Origin: Eubacteriales bacterium
GTDB taxonomy: Bacteria > Bacillota > Clostridia > Oscillospirales > CAG-272
Assembly: GCA_051867925.1 (NCBI GenBank)
Contig: JBJDZI010000061.1
Span: 1 to 53,359, forward strand
DNA: 53,359 bases
Direction of reading: 5' to 3'
Shown: one piece after another, positions 1-9,350 of the stretch
Layout of the letters: each line of letters begins with the position of its first letter
Position numbering within the stretch: the stretch's first letter is position 1
Made by a program: the position numbers and the translations under genes
Notes under the pieces: generated by a model
Told to the model about the DNA's origin: nothing
Databases searched by the model: none
What the model saw: the letters and a program-made list of their open reading frames with translations, nothing else

Positions 1-69
1 CGATTATGGATATTGTTCATTTGATGCATCCACAGCATTTGATTTTCGGCTTTGAGTTGTTCGGTTATG

Positions 70-410
70 CAGGAGCCGATCATATCCGAAGAACAATGGA
101 TGAGAGCTCAGGAACTTCGCCAACACCGTCGCAGACCTACAGCAACAGGAAGAACAAGTCTGTTTTCGGGATTGGTATACTGTGCAGACTCGGTGCAAAA
201 ATGCACTTCGCCGCCGTTAAAAGTATGACTCGAAATCAAGAACACTTCCGCTGTTTCAACTTCAAGTTTGGGCGTGGCCGTTGTACTGTTCACTTTATTC
301 TAGATGTGTTACTTGAAAAAATGTGTTTTAAGCAACCAGCGGCTTGGCGGATTTTGTGAAATACCACGAGTCAGTATTTCTGTATATGCTTGCAAAAAAC
401 GGAGAGACAA
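70..410 (+). pseudogene. Frameshifted remnant of a large serine recombinase (TnpX/TndX-like; end of recombinase domain plus zinc ribbon)
   Basis: Joining three frames gives EPIISEEQWMRAQELRQHRRRPTATGRTSLFSGLVYCAD-(1-nt loss at ~190)-GAKMHF...HFRC...GRGRCTVHFI...-(second shift ~330)-SGLADFVKYHESVFLYML, which matches the FSGLvyCadCG...C zinc-ribbon pattern of large serine recombinases. Confidence 0.75.
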
Positions 411-524
411 AAATGTTTGTTACGGATGAAAGCACCTATACTTGCTGTGGACGGTACTTTTTATCTCATTACTTTTTTCTCGGTAGAACCGTGGGTTATT
501 TCCACATTTAAAGACACCGGATAA

Positions 525-563
525 ACAAAACCATCGTTCGAAATTTCAGAACGATGGTTTTGT
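525..563. terminator. 15-bp perfect inverted repeat, likely a terminator
   Basis: ACAAAACCATCGTTC-N9-GAACGATGGTTTTGT. Confidence 0.5.
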
Positions 564-783
564 ATTATAGGCGTTTTGCAGCCTATTTTCTGTTATCCCA
601 TTCGGTTTTGCATAATCTCCCTTAAGGACATCATACATTGGAGGTGTGAGTTTTTTATCATACACCCTCCAAAAGCATCTGCATTCGGAGGTGTTTTTTG
701 GGGGGAAAATGGGGTGGGGAGAGTTCCTTTGTCCATCGCACTATACCATTTTTCCAATCAAAGTCAGTCGCGGAGAAGTTCCG

Positions 784-957
784 TTACTTTTTCGCGTGAC
801 CTCGAATTGACCGGATGAGTATCGCAAAAATTCCAATCACGACGGTCGTGGCGACAATCGACCAAAGCCATAATAGGATACTGTTTGTGAGAGCTAAAAC
901 AATAAATCCAATCATTACCGCAGGAAAAATCAGCGCAAACAGGTTGGTCTGTTTCAT
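784..957 (-). CDS. Small hydrophobic (2 TM) hypothetical protein
   Basis: MKQTNLFALIFPAVMIGFIVLAL...; AGGGG upstream of the ATG; two hydrophobic stretches and a basic tail. Confidence 0.5.
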   Translation of the reverse strand: MKQTNLFALIFPAVMIGFIVLALTNSILLWLWSIVATTVVIGIFAILIRSIRGHAKK

Positions 958-1134
958 CACTCTGTAGCCCCTGACTGTCTTTGACACCATTCTGCCGCAT
1001 TTTGCGTCTTTTGTCAATAGCTTAGTGATTTTCGGAGGTTTCCGCAAATCGCATACAGAAACCTATCATTATACTATTGTGCCGAAATGGGGAAGCTGTA
1101 ATAATACTTCATAATTACTCCAATAACGAAACGT

Positions 1135-4100
1135 TTACTTTCGCTTTCGCTTCACGATCAGGAAGACGGTTGCTGCCGCTACTGCCAATGCAGCCAATGC
1201 GGTGGCAAGGAGGATGCCAATGCTGTCGCTGTCGCCACCGTCTGCGGGCGGGTTTACAGAGCCTGAAGGATCCTTAGTGGATTCATCGGTAGTGGGAGGA
1301 TCAACCGGATTCTCCATAGGATCGCCTCCGGGCGTGTTCGATTCGTCGAGAGGAGTAACGTAAACGTTATTGACCACAAACGTGCTATTGAAACCCATCA
1401 CGCCGATGTGACCGCCGTTGAAGGAAACACCGCGATCTTGATCGGAAACCTGATCCAATATCGTTACACCGTCAAAGATGTAGGTGAGCTTGCCGCCCTT
1501 GAAAATGACCTCAATGTGATGAGTCTTGCCCAGTTCGGGAGTAACGCTGTCCGCAAAGAGTTTTTCTGCGTTATTACTGCGATTCCCCCGATAGGGGAAC
1601 TCGGTAAAGCGGAATTTTTGACCGTGGACGGAATCAGCCAGGTCAAAGTTGACCATATAGGATCCGCTTCCCGGATCATCAGTGGAGCAGAAGATGATGC
1701 CAAACGCAGTACCTGAGAACATCTTTACGTCCAGTTCTAATTTGAAGTCACCATCGAATACTTCACTGCCGATTGCAAAGCCATCGTTTCCGGTGATGCC
1801 CTGATAGCCGTCTGCTACGATCGACCAAGAACCGTTTCCGGAGGTCATCCAATCGGTGAGGTTGGTTTGGAAGGTGTTTTCTCCTGCAGAAAGGGTTACC
1901 TTCACCGTCTTGCTGCCGTCCCGAGTGGTAGCACTGACACTGAATTTGCCCTTCTTCACCACCTTCAGCGTAATTGATTCTACATCCCGGTCAAGAATAT
2001 CCACCGCACCGTCGACACTGTCGACCGCAAAGGTGACGGATTGATCGGCACAACGGTTCTTTACTCTGGAGTGAATGGTATAGGTTTCGCCTACGGCGAG
2101 GATCGCACCATCTTCTACATCCAACAGAACGTCGGTGATTTGGGCGGATTCCGTATCTCGCCAGATGCTATTAAGCGGATAAACGGTGATGTCTGCCGTG
2201 GTATTTCCACCCTTGGAGTAGACCTCCATTCCGATGCTTGCATAGTCGGGGAAAATCAGCTCTGCCGCGTAGATCTCGCCATTCCCTACGACGACCTCGA
2301 TAGAATTCCAATCCACGAAAATTCGCAGATCCACCGAACCGTCGGCGTTTTTGGTGACGACATAGGAAGAGATGGTACTGCTTGCGTAGGAACCGGGTTT
2401 GACATTGGAAACATTTCCTCTGTCCAGCGTCAGAAGCGAGGTCTTGGGATTGTATTTCACTGCCATTTCATATTGAGTACCCTGCAATAGTTTGAATCCG
2501 ACCTCCGTAACACCGTTTTCGGGCTTCAGATGGGTGATCAATTCAAATTGATCACTTCTGCACCCTGCCAGCAAATTTTCGCCTCCCTCCGCGATCACAA
2601 CGTCTTTCATCTCCGCCAAAGGCTCACCGCGGAGCGATTCGTACTCTTTCACGGGATTCAGGAAGAGACGAAGTCCCTTGCCGGTCTTTTTCAGCGTCAG
2701 TTCGTAGCAGAGGGTAAAGGTACCGTTCCAAGGATCGGTGGGCATACTGTGTGCATAGCCTCCGTTTGCCATCCAGCTCACCATTACGACCCGCCCGTCA
2801 GGACCGTTTTTAAAGGTCACACCGGCATAGGCATCGTGACCGAATTCCAGCGGATAACGGTCGTTACTGTCGGGAATGAAACTGATCCGTCCGTCCACCT
2901 TCTTCAGATCACCGATCAAATACCAGTCGCCGGCACCGGTGTAGATCCACTTGACCGTATCATCGCCTTCTACAGTCACCGGGAATAGATCGGGACACTC
3001 GGAATAGATGGCATTCACTCCGTTGGGGCGGTATTGAGGATGAGCATTGTCATATCCGCTTTCAAAAGTCCAATGGATCAGATCGTCAGACGAGTAGATC
3101 CTCAGAGGACCGCCTGCCACTACCATCAGATAGGTATTGAGCTGCTCACACCAAAAGACATTGGGATCGCGGAATGCACCATCGCCCAACGGGTCATCGG
3201 CAGTTGACAGAACAGGATTGTTTGCATACTTTGTCCAAGTGATACCGCCGTCGGAAGAGTAGGCGACGCTCTGCACCTGTACGCCGTTGTCGGCACGATG
3301 GGTGAAAAATGCCAGCAGATTGTTCTCACTCTTGCTCGGGAAGAGCCCGGACTTGTTTTCGGGGTCATCCACCGCACTACCCGACCAGATGGATCCAAGT
3401 TCTTTGTCCGGAGCCAGCGCGACGGGAAGATCCTGCCAGTATACCAGATCGTCGGATACAGCGTGCCCCCAATGCTTCTGCTCATCGGAATGGGCGGTGG
3501 TCAGCGGGATATACTGATAGAACAGATGCCACTGACCGTTCAAATAGATCAGGCCGTTGGGATCATTGAGCCACCCCTCCAGCGGTGAGAAGTGGTACTG
3601 ATCCCGATACTCCTCCGTACGGTAGTCGCAGTCTGAAGCTTTTCGGGTGATGGAAACGGTAACGGGAATGCCGATTCCCGAAGCGTTGTCGGTAAGAAGG
3701 ATGGGAATGATATTTTTACCAATATTCAGCGGAACCTTTACAGGGACTCCACTCTCTGCAGATTTCCCTCCTACGGTGAGAGTTCCCGCCCCCTCGGACA
3801 GGGTGACTGTGATCTTCGCCGAGTCGGTCTCGTTGGGGACTGCCAGCACACCGTAAGCGGTAACCTCCTCGGTGTATGCAGGCGTGAGGGTACTTCCCTC
3901 CACCTGAATATCGGTAATTTTCGCCAGTTTCTGCTGACCGAGATCGGTATAAGTAGTGTTCTGGAAGATCACGGTACTTCCCTCCGCAGCTCCGATTCCC
4001 AGATAGCCGTCTTCGTAATAATCGGGCAGTTTCGTGGAGCAGACTAAGATCTCATTCACATACACGGCGCAGGTACCATCCAGTACTACCGCCTTCATAT

Positions 4101-4542
4101 GGTAGTCGCTCTGATTCATGGGAAAAGCGTTACCGTTATTGGTAGCAATAGTAGGAAAACCTCTGGAACTGCTGAAGCAGAAAATCTTCGTTTCGCCGCG
4201 ATTATTCCGATCCAGCTTGAAGATAAAGGAATTCTCCGTCGTGGTGCTTTGTTCCGCGCCGAAGATCAGATTCGCCACATTGCCTGCGGCAAAGGAAACG
4301 TCGCTCTCCAAAATGAAATTTCCTGCGGTCTTGGTCTTACTGATGGCAAGACCGTCATTTTCGTTGATGCGGGTAAGGGAAACGCCCTTCTCGCTGTAAG
4401 TAATTCGGGCAGGCTTATTGGAAGCAGACGTAAGCCCCTCCAAGTTGGTATTCCAACTGCTTTCGGCGGCCAACACCGACAGCGGCGTCGCCGATAAAAC
4501 CGTAATTGCCGATAATAACAGTGCCATCAAACGTTTTTTCAT
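1135..4542 (-). CDS. Secreted, surface-anchored GH32 beta-fructosidase (levanase/inulinase-like), multimodular
   Basis: Signal peptide; GH32 motifs WLNDPNG, WSGSA, FRDP, ECPD; flanking beta-sandwich modules; Pro-rich linker, C-terminal TM and KRKRK tail. Confidence 0.92.
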   Translation of the reverse strand: MKKRLMALLLSAITVLSATPLSVLAAESSWNTNLEGLTSASNKPARITYSEKGVSLTRINENDGLAISKTKTAGNFILESDVSFAAGNVANLIFGAEQSTTTENSFIFKLDRNNRGETKIFCFSSSRGFPTIATNNGNAFPMNQSDYHMKAVVLDGTCAVYVNEILVCSTKLPDYYEDGYLGIGAAEGSTVIFQNTTYTDLGQQKLAKITDIQVEGSTLTPAYTEEVTAYGVLAVPNETDSAKITVTLSEGAGTLTVGGKSAESGVPVKVPLNIGKNIIPILLTDNASGIGIPVTVSITRKASDCDYRTEEYRDQYHFSPLEGWLNDPNGLIYLNGQWHLFYQYIPLTTAHSDEQKHWGHAVSDDLVYWQDLPVALAPDKELGSIWSGSAVDDPENKSGLFPSKSENNLLAFFTHRADNGVQVQSVAYSSDGGITWTKYANNPVLSTADDPLGDGAFRDPNVFWCEQLNTYLMVVAGGPLRIYSSDDLIHWTFESGYDNAHPQYRPNGVNAIYSECPDLFPVTVEGDDTVKWIYTGAGDWYLIGDLKKVDGRISFIPDSNDRYPLEFGHDAYAGVTFKNGPDGRVVMVSWMANGGYAHSMPTDPWNGTFTLCYELTLKKTGKGLRLFLNPVKEYESLRGEPLAEMKDVVIAEGGENLLAGCRSDQFELITHLKPENGVTEVGFKLLQGTQYEMAVKYNPKTSLLTLDRGNVSNVKPGSYASSTISSYVVTKNADGSVDLRIFVDWNSIEVVVGNGEIYAAELIFPDYASIGMEVYSKGGNTTADITVYPLNSIWRDTESAQITDVLLDVEDGAILAVGETYTIHSRVKNRCADQSVTFAVDSVDGAVDILDRDVESITLKVVKKGKFSVSATTRDGSKTVKVTLSAGENTFQTNLTDWMTSGNGSWSIVADGYQGITGNDGFAIGSEVFDGDFKLELDVKMFSGTAFGIIFCSTDDPGSGSYMVNFDLADSVHGQKFRFTEFPYRGNRSNNAEKLFADSVTPELGKTHHIEVIFKGGKLTYIFDGVTILDQVSDQDRGVSFNGGHIGVMGFNSTFVVNNVYVTPLDESNTPGGDPMENPVDPPTTDESTKDPSGSVNPPADGGDSDSIGILLATALAALAVAAATVFLIVKRKRK

Positions 4543-4566
4543 CTTAGTTTCCCCCTTTGTGATTAA

Positions 4567-5826
4567 TTACAGCGGAATATCTTCAAATTGCAGCGTGCCG
4601 TCCGGATTTTGGACCGCTTCCACGGCACAAAGTCTGCCGCCGTAGCCGCCCTCGAGAATGAATCCTGCAAAAATGCGCCGTCCCGTACCGGGGATGGTGG
4701 CAGATTTAGGCACGTTTCCGCAGGGGATTGTGCCATTTTCGGGGAAAATCCAATCGCCATAGGGATTTTTCGAATAACAATAGTGTCCTCTGCCGCCGAT
4801 GCCGAAAACAAGATAATAATACTCGCCCATTTTGAAATGATCGGGACACTCGGGCTGCCAATAGCGGGAGGGATCATCGTCTTCGCAATGCTCGATCCAC
4901 GCCATCGTAGTGCCTGCATCCTGCCAGCCGTCGATTGCCATCCGATCATTTACCAGATGCGCCAGACAGCCGCTACCGTCGGAGAGACGGCTGGTGGTGA
5001 CGAACATATGGTACTGTCCGTCCATGTAGAACACCATCGGGTCACGGGCAGAGGTGGGCTCATAGCCTGCGGGGAGATGGAAATACGCACCGCATTTTTC
5101 AAAATGTACCCGATCCTTCGACCTTGCATAGGTTATCCGCGCGGGAGAGCGGTCGCACATCCGCACGGCGTACCAAGCGTACCACTCGTCGGCGTCGGCG
5201 GCTTTACAGATCGACCCGGTACAGATGGAGCCTTCCCAATCCTCGGTGATACCCACCGCCATGGGATGCTCGTCCCAGGTTTGGAAGTCGGTGGTGGAGA
5301 CGTGTGCCCACTGGTGTGCGCCAAATCCCCATTTGGAGCCGTGATGGTGGCGATCGTAGAGGTAAAACAGGTGATAGTTTCCGTCGGTGTCCACTTCGTC
5401 GGAATAGGGGATGCAATCGCCGATGTTGACACCGGGAATGCGAATGTCAGCGGTGGAGATACCACGGCGCGTGTAATACGGCAGTTCAGCGATCACTTCA
5501 GGAGCGATCTCGGTGAGCGTAGGGATGAAATCACCTTCCGCTTTGCAGTCAAGTGTGAGACACGCCTTACCGCAGGGCCATTCCTCATCACAGAGCGCGC
5601 CGTTCACGTACAGCTCGATGCGGTAGGGACGGATATTCAGCACGATCTCATCGCCCGCGGCGGCGGATGCGGTGAGGGTCAGCGGATCGGCGTGAAAATC
5701 GTACCACAGTTTGACATCAAGCGCAGAATCATCAGCGAAATCGCACGTAATCTCGCAAGCAGGTTTGTCATGGGCGGTGAAGATTGCTTTGCCGCCAATT
5801 GTGTTAAACTTCATAGAAAGGTGCAT
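4567..5826 (-). CDS. GH32-like (clan GH-J) glycoside hydrolase, no signal peptide
   Basis: GDCIPY, HQWAHVST, ICTGS, RDP and ECPD motifs of the five-bladed propeller fructosidases. Confidence 0.8.
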   Translation of the reverse strand: MHLSMKFNTIGGKAIFTAHDKPACEITCDFADDSALDVKLWYDFHADPLTLTASAAAGDEIVLNIRPYRIELYVNGALCDEEWPCGKACLTLDCKAEGDFIPTLTEIAPEVIAELPYYTRRGISTADIRIPGVNIGDCIPYSDEVDTDGNYHLFYLYDRHHHGSKWGFGAHQWAHVSTTDFQTWDEHPMAVGITEDWEGSICTGSICKAADADEWYAWYAVRMCDRSPARITYARSKDRVHFEKCGAYFHLPAGYEPTSARDPMVFYMDGQYHMFVTTSRLSDGSGCLAHLVNDRMAIDGWQDAGTTMAWIEHCEDDDPSRYWQPECPDHFKMGEYYYLVFGIGGRGHYCYSKNPYGDWIFPENGTIPCGNVPKSATIPGTGRRIFAGFILEGGYGGRLCAVEAVQNPDGTLQFEDIPL

Positions 5827-7565
5827 TATAGTTCCTCCTGTTCATTTTGATAGCAGATTCGGGTGTAACTCTCCTCGCGAGTCAGGATTCCTGCCGCCAC
5901 TCCACCGTAGAGCGCGGCTCCAAACGCCGCTTCCTCGGTGTGAAGAGGAAGACGGAGCGGTCTCCCGAACACCTCTCCGCAAATCCGACGAAGTGCGGGA
6001 TTCTTTCGCATAGCGTTTCCCGATACAACGACACCGTCGCTTGTGACACCCATACGGGCATACAGTTCGTAGAGTTCGTTGACAATTCCTCTGAGAATAC
6101 CGTATGAAAGGGCTTCGGGAGTGAAGTTGCCAAGGCCGATGTTGGTGATGGTACCCCGCGCACTCGGATCGGAGCGGGTACCGCTGAATCGGGTAGAGAC
6201 AGTGAGCGTTTCGTCCCGCGCTCCCTCTGCTCCGCCATTGAGATAATCGTAGATTGCCCGATCGGAGATCTCTAGTCCCAGACCGCAGACAGCCGAGCGG
6301 ATGAAATCCTTCAGCAGAGCGTAGGCTCTTCCGCCGCAAAGCGCGGCGCCCGAGCAAATGTACTTACCGTCAAAGTAGGGGCGCACTTCTCCGCCCAAGT
6401 GGGCAGGATCATCGCAGATCACACTTACCTGACTGCCGGTGCCAACATTCACCAACATCAGACGGTCATCGGCAAGAGAACCGAACAGTCCCGCTTGGTT
6501 ATCGCCGATGGAGACGGCAACAGGAATTTTACCGTTATAATAGCCTGCCACGGTATAATCCTCCCCCACTTGCGGAAGAAGCGTACGAGGGATGTTCAAC
6601 GATTTCAGTACGTCCTCTTTGAACTCTCCCAAGTCAAGATCATAAGCGCCCATGGCGGCAGCATTGGTGGGATGAAGGAGCGGCTCGGTTGCCGTCAGAC
6701 GGGCTGCCAGCAGATCCATGACCGTGACGATGCGGGAGGTCTTGGAGGGCAAAATTCCTAATTTACGCAGGGCATAATAGGTAGTGATGCCGTAGCCGGT
6801 AGGAATACGCTCGCCGCAGAGGGCGGTAATCTCCTCGCAAATGGTGCGATCGCTACCGATCTTACGCTGTCCGAATCCATTTTGCCACGTATACAAAGGA
6901 GACAGAATCTCGCCTTGTTCATCTATGCAGATGATGCCGTGCATCTGTCCTGCAATGCCGATCACGGCAATCGACGGATAGGTTGCCGTAATCGATGCCA
7001 CCAGTGCCGTCGTGCGCTCAATCAGCAGGTCGGCATCTGCGGCAAAGGCATCGGGGAAGCCCTCCACCGATAGGACGGCGTTGTGGTCAAAATTGCAGGT
7101 CTGCACGCACGTACCGCTATCCGATGCCACCACCTGCGCCGAGATGGAGGTAGTACCGATGTCGATGCCCAGAAGAAGCGGGCAATCGGGGAGCGTAAGC
7201 CCGCCCGTTTCTTCTTCGGTAAACCCTTCCGAAGAGAGTGCCGACGCACTTTCTTCGCCACTCAAGAGTGCCCGGCAGATCGCTCTGCAGTCGCGGCTCT
7301 TTTGGCTGTCGTCGTCCAACGCCTTCAGTCGCTTTACGATCAACTCATTCCGACTGACCACGCCGTCCCGCCAAAGACGCAAATCAGACAGCGGAACCCC
7401 CAGCTCACGGAGCTGCCGGATCTGCCGAAGCCATTTTACGCTCTCCTCATCGTAATCGCGGTAGCCGTTCTCTTTCCGTTTAACCGAAATCAGACCTCGG
7501 CTCTCGTAATAACGGATAGCGGTGGAGGGCACGCCTGTTATTCTTTCAACGTCTGATATATTCAT
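5826..7565 (-). CDS. MerR-family HTH fused to an FGGY carbohydrate kinase (sedoheptulokinase-like)
   Basis: N-terminal MNISDVERITGVPSTAIRYYESRGLI...NGYRDY (MerR); then GIDIGTTS, GQMHG, GDNQA, NVGTGSQ, SGNAMRKN, EEAAFGAA (FGGY); stop overlaps the next start (TAATG). Confidence 0.88.
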   Translation of the reverse strand: MNISDVERITGVPSTAIRYYESRGLISVKRKENGYRDYDEESVKWLRQIRQLRELGVPLSDLRLWRDGVVSRNELIVKRLKALDDDSQKSRDCRAICRALLSGEESASALSSEGFTEEETGGLTLPDCPLLLGIDIGTTSISAQVVASDSGTCVQTCNFDHNAVLSVEGFPDAFAADADLLIERTTALVASITATYPSIAVIGIAGQMHGIICIDEQGEILSPLYTWQNGFGQRKIGSDRTICEEITALCGERIPTGYGITTYYALRKLGILPSKTSRIVTVMDLLAARLTATEPLLHPTNAAAMGAYDLDLGEFKEDVLKSLNIPRTLLPQVGEDYTVAGYYNGKIPVAVSIGDNQAGLFGSLADDRLMLVNVGTGSQVSVICDDPAHLGGEVRPYFDGKYICSGAALCGGRAYALLKDFIRSAVCGLGLEISDRAIYDYLNGGAEGARDETLTVSTRFSGTRSDPSARGTITNIGLGNFTPEALSYGILRGIVNELYELYARMGVTSDGVVVSGNAMRKNPALRRICGEVFGRPLRLPLHTEEAAFGAALYGGVAAGILTREESYTRICYQNEQEEL

Positions 7566-7604
7566 GGCACTTCCCTTTCCGGGATATTGTTATTGTTTAT
7601 TTAT

Positions 7605-7635
7605 ATTATAAACCTTATAGTTGGTGGAAGGTCAA
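7605..7635 (-). promoter_or_regulatory. MerR-type promoter with 19-bp spacer and dyad operator
   Basis: Minus strand TTGACC-ttccaccaactataaggtt(19)-TATAAT with an ACCTT...AAGGT dyad overlapping the -35/spacer. Confidence 0.8.
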
Positions 7636-8002
7636 TACAGTTTTGCACAAATTTACAATTTATTCACATTCAAATCTGTGAAACATACACAATGTTACGA
7701 TCAAGAAGCATTCAACACCTGTCATAAATCTTATTATCAAATGACAGTCCGTCGCCGGCATCTGCCACCTCGCAGGGAAATATTCTCATCACTTCAAATA
7801 CAGAGAATCATATCGTTCCGATCCGGATGATCTGAGTGTTTTCAGAAAACCTCTAAAAATTTCCTGTCATATCTATTGGCGTGCGGTTTATACTATGACC
7901 AGAGCAACCGAAGAGGCAATGCCCCGACGGTGGCTCGGGATGTTCAAAGACTGAACCATAACAAAAACATTGTCAATCATTCAAAGAACAGGAGATAAAC
8001 AA

Positions 8003-8206
8003 ATGGAATCCAATAACAGAATCGTAGTTCCCGGTGCAGAAAATGCAATGGAGCAGTTCAAGCAGCAGGCAGCCAGCGAAGTAGGCGTTACCCTGAACAA
8101 GGGCTACAACGGCGACCTCACTTCCCGTCAGGCAGGCTCCATCGGCGGTCAGATGGTTAAAAAGATGATCGAGAAGTACGAGAACGACCTGAAGTCTCAG
8201 GGCTAA
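8003..8206 (+). CDS. Alpha/beta-type small acid-soluble spore protein
   Basis: KQQAASEVGV...YNGDLTSRQAGSIGGQMVKKMI signature; GGAG RBS before the ATG at 8003. Confidence 0.95.
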   Translation: MESNNRIVVPGAENAMEQFKQQAASEVGVTLNKGYNGDLTSRQAGSIGGQMVKKMIEKYENDLKSQG

Positions 8207-8218
8207 CCCAAACTTCCC

Positions 8219-8247
8219 AAAAGACGCGGCATCTGCCGCGTCTTTTT
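8219..8247. terminator. Bidirectional intrinsic terminator
   Basis: AAAAGACGCGGCA-tc-TGCCGCGTCTTTTT between convergent genes. Confidence 0.8.
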
Positions 8248-8269
8248 AGTATATGCGATGGAGATTTCT

Positions 8270-8548
8270 TTATCCCACGCGCTCGTCCGGAATCGTCTTG
8301 AGTGCCGCCATGGAACTGCTGTGTGAACGGGCGATCTTGGTGTTCTGCCCTTTCGTCTCACTCAGCGCGCATCGAACCATCTTGTGCGATACCGTGTTCG
8401 TGAACAGCACCAGAAGATCCGGCGTTCCGATGTTTTTCAATCCCGACGTCATTTTCGGATAGATCTTCGCCTTACATTTGTACGCACTGCAAAGATCTTT
8501 GTATTGTCGGATCATGTATTCGTTCCCGCCTACGATCACTACGCTCAT
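8270..8548 (-). CDS. DUF2325-like small protein
   Basis: MSVVIVGG...PDLLVLFTNTVSHKMV...HSSS pattern; AGGAG RBS; end of the feo cluster. Confidence 0.75.
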   Translation of the reverse strand: MSVVIVGGNEYMIRQYKDLCSAYKCKAKIYPKMTSGLKNIGTPDLLVLFTNTVSHKMVRCALSETKGQNTKIARSHSSSMAALKTIPDERVG

Positions 8549-8633
8549 TCTTTCGCTCCTTTTTGTTGGAAGCAAGTTAAGACTAACCCGCAGATTAAAC
8601 GATAGGTCTTCCGGGTGGAGAAAAGACCTCTGA

Positions 8634-8978
8634 TCATGTGATGATAAAATAACCCGCTTTGGCAAGACGGGAGCGGATCAGATCATCCTCCACCGCCTCT
8701 GCATAGAAAACGGTGAGTTCTCCCTTTTTCAGATCTACTTTGCCGCTGATGCCGTGGATATCATTAACGATCTCCTCCACGCGGGCGCGGCATCCCGCAC
8801 AATGCATCCCGTCCACCCGAAAGGTTTTTTGGGAGATGACATTTTTCAGCCTCTTCCGACGAAGCCTATACCCGCCGCTACTGCAACAACCGGTTTTGGA
8901 ACGGATGCGTTTTATCGTTGAATAGATACCCGCGGCGATCAGCACCATCACGATCCCGCCGATGATACAGATTTCCAT
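8634..8978 (-). CDS. Membrane-anchored heavy-metal-associated (HMA) domain protein
   Basis: N-terminal TM, GCCS, then VDGMHCAGC metal-binding motif. Confidence 0.85.
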   Translation of the reverse strand: MEICIIGGIVMVLIAAGIYSTIKRIRSKTGCCSSGGYRLRRKRLKNVISQKTFRVDGMHCAGCRARVEEIVNDIHGISGKVDLKKGELTVFYAEAVEDDLIRSRLAKAGYFIIT

Positions 8979-9064
8979 TATTTTCCTTCCTTTTCGATCA
9001 ACTTGGGACACCCCATTGGTTTACAAAGGGGATGCGTACCCAAAGTGCGCATCCCCTTACACGG

Positions 9065-9301
9065 TTAGTTTGACCCGTCCGACCGCGAAGTGTCGTCACA
9101 TTTATGACCGATATCCCCCGCGGTTTTACCACTGCAGCCGCAATGACTGCCTGCGGTACCTCTCTGCTTGGCACATTGCCCCGCATAGGGACAGCCCACG
9201 CAGGTCTCGCCTCGCTTTTTCGACCGCACAATGGTAGCGATGGCGCCGCCGATGAGGAGGATCAGAATGGCAGAAACGATGAGATTGATCAGCATTGCCA
9301 T
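9065..9301 (-). CDS. FeoB-associated Cys-rich membrane protein
   Basis: TM then CVGCPYAGQC...HCGC, directly downstream of feoB. Confidence 0.85.
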   Translation of the reverse strand: MAMLINLIVSAILILLIGGAIATIVRSKKRGETCVGCPYAGQCAKQRGTAGSHCGCSGKTAGDIGHKCDDTSRSDGSN

Positions 9302-9350
9302 TACTCCTTTGTGTCAGATTTTGTCAGATAGAATCTGTTATTTGCTCAGA

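Noticed and set aside
6-359. 117-aa ORF as an intact gene
   Set aside because: Only its second half is in the recombinase frame; better explained as a frameshifted pseudogene
7866-7897. Forespore sigma-G-like promoter upstream of SASP (TCATA-17-TATACTA)
   Set aside because: Plausible from context, but the match is too degenerate to call from sequence alone
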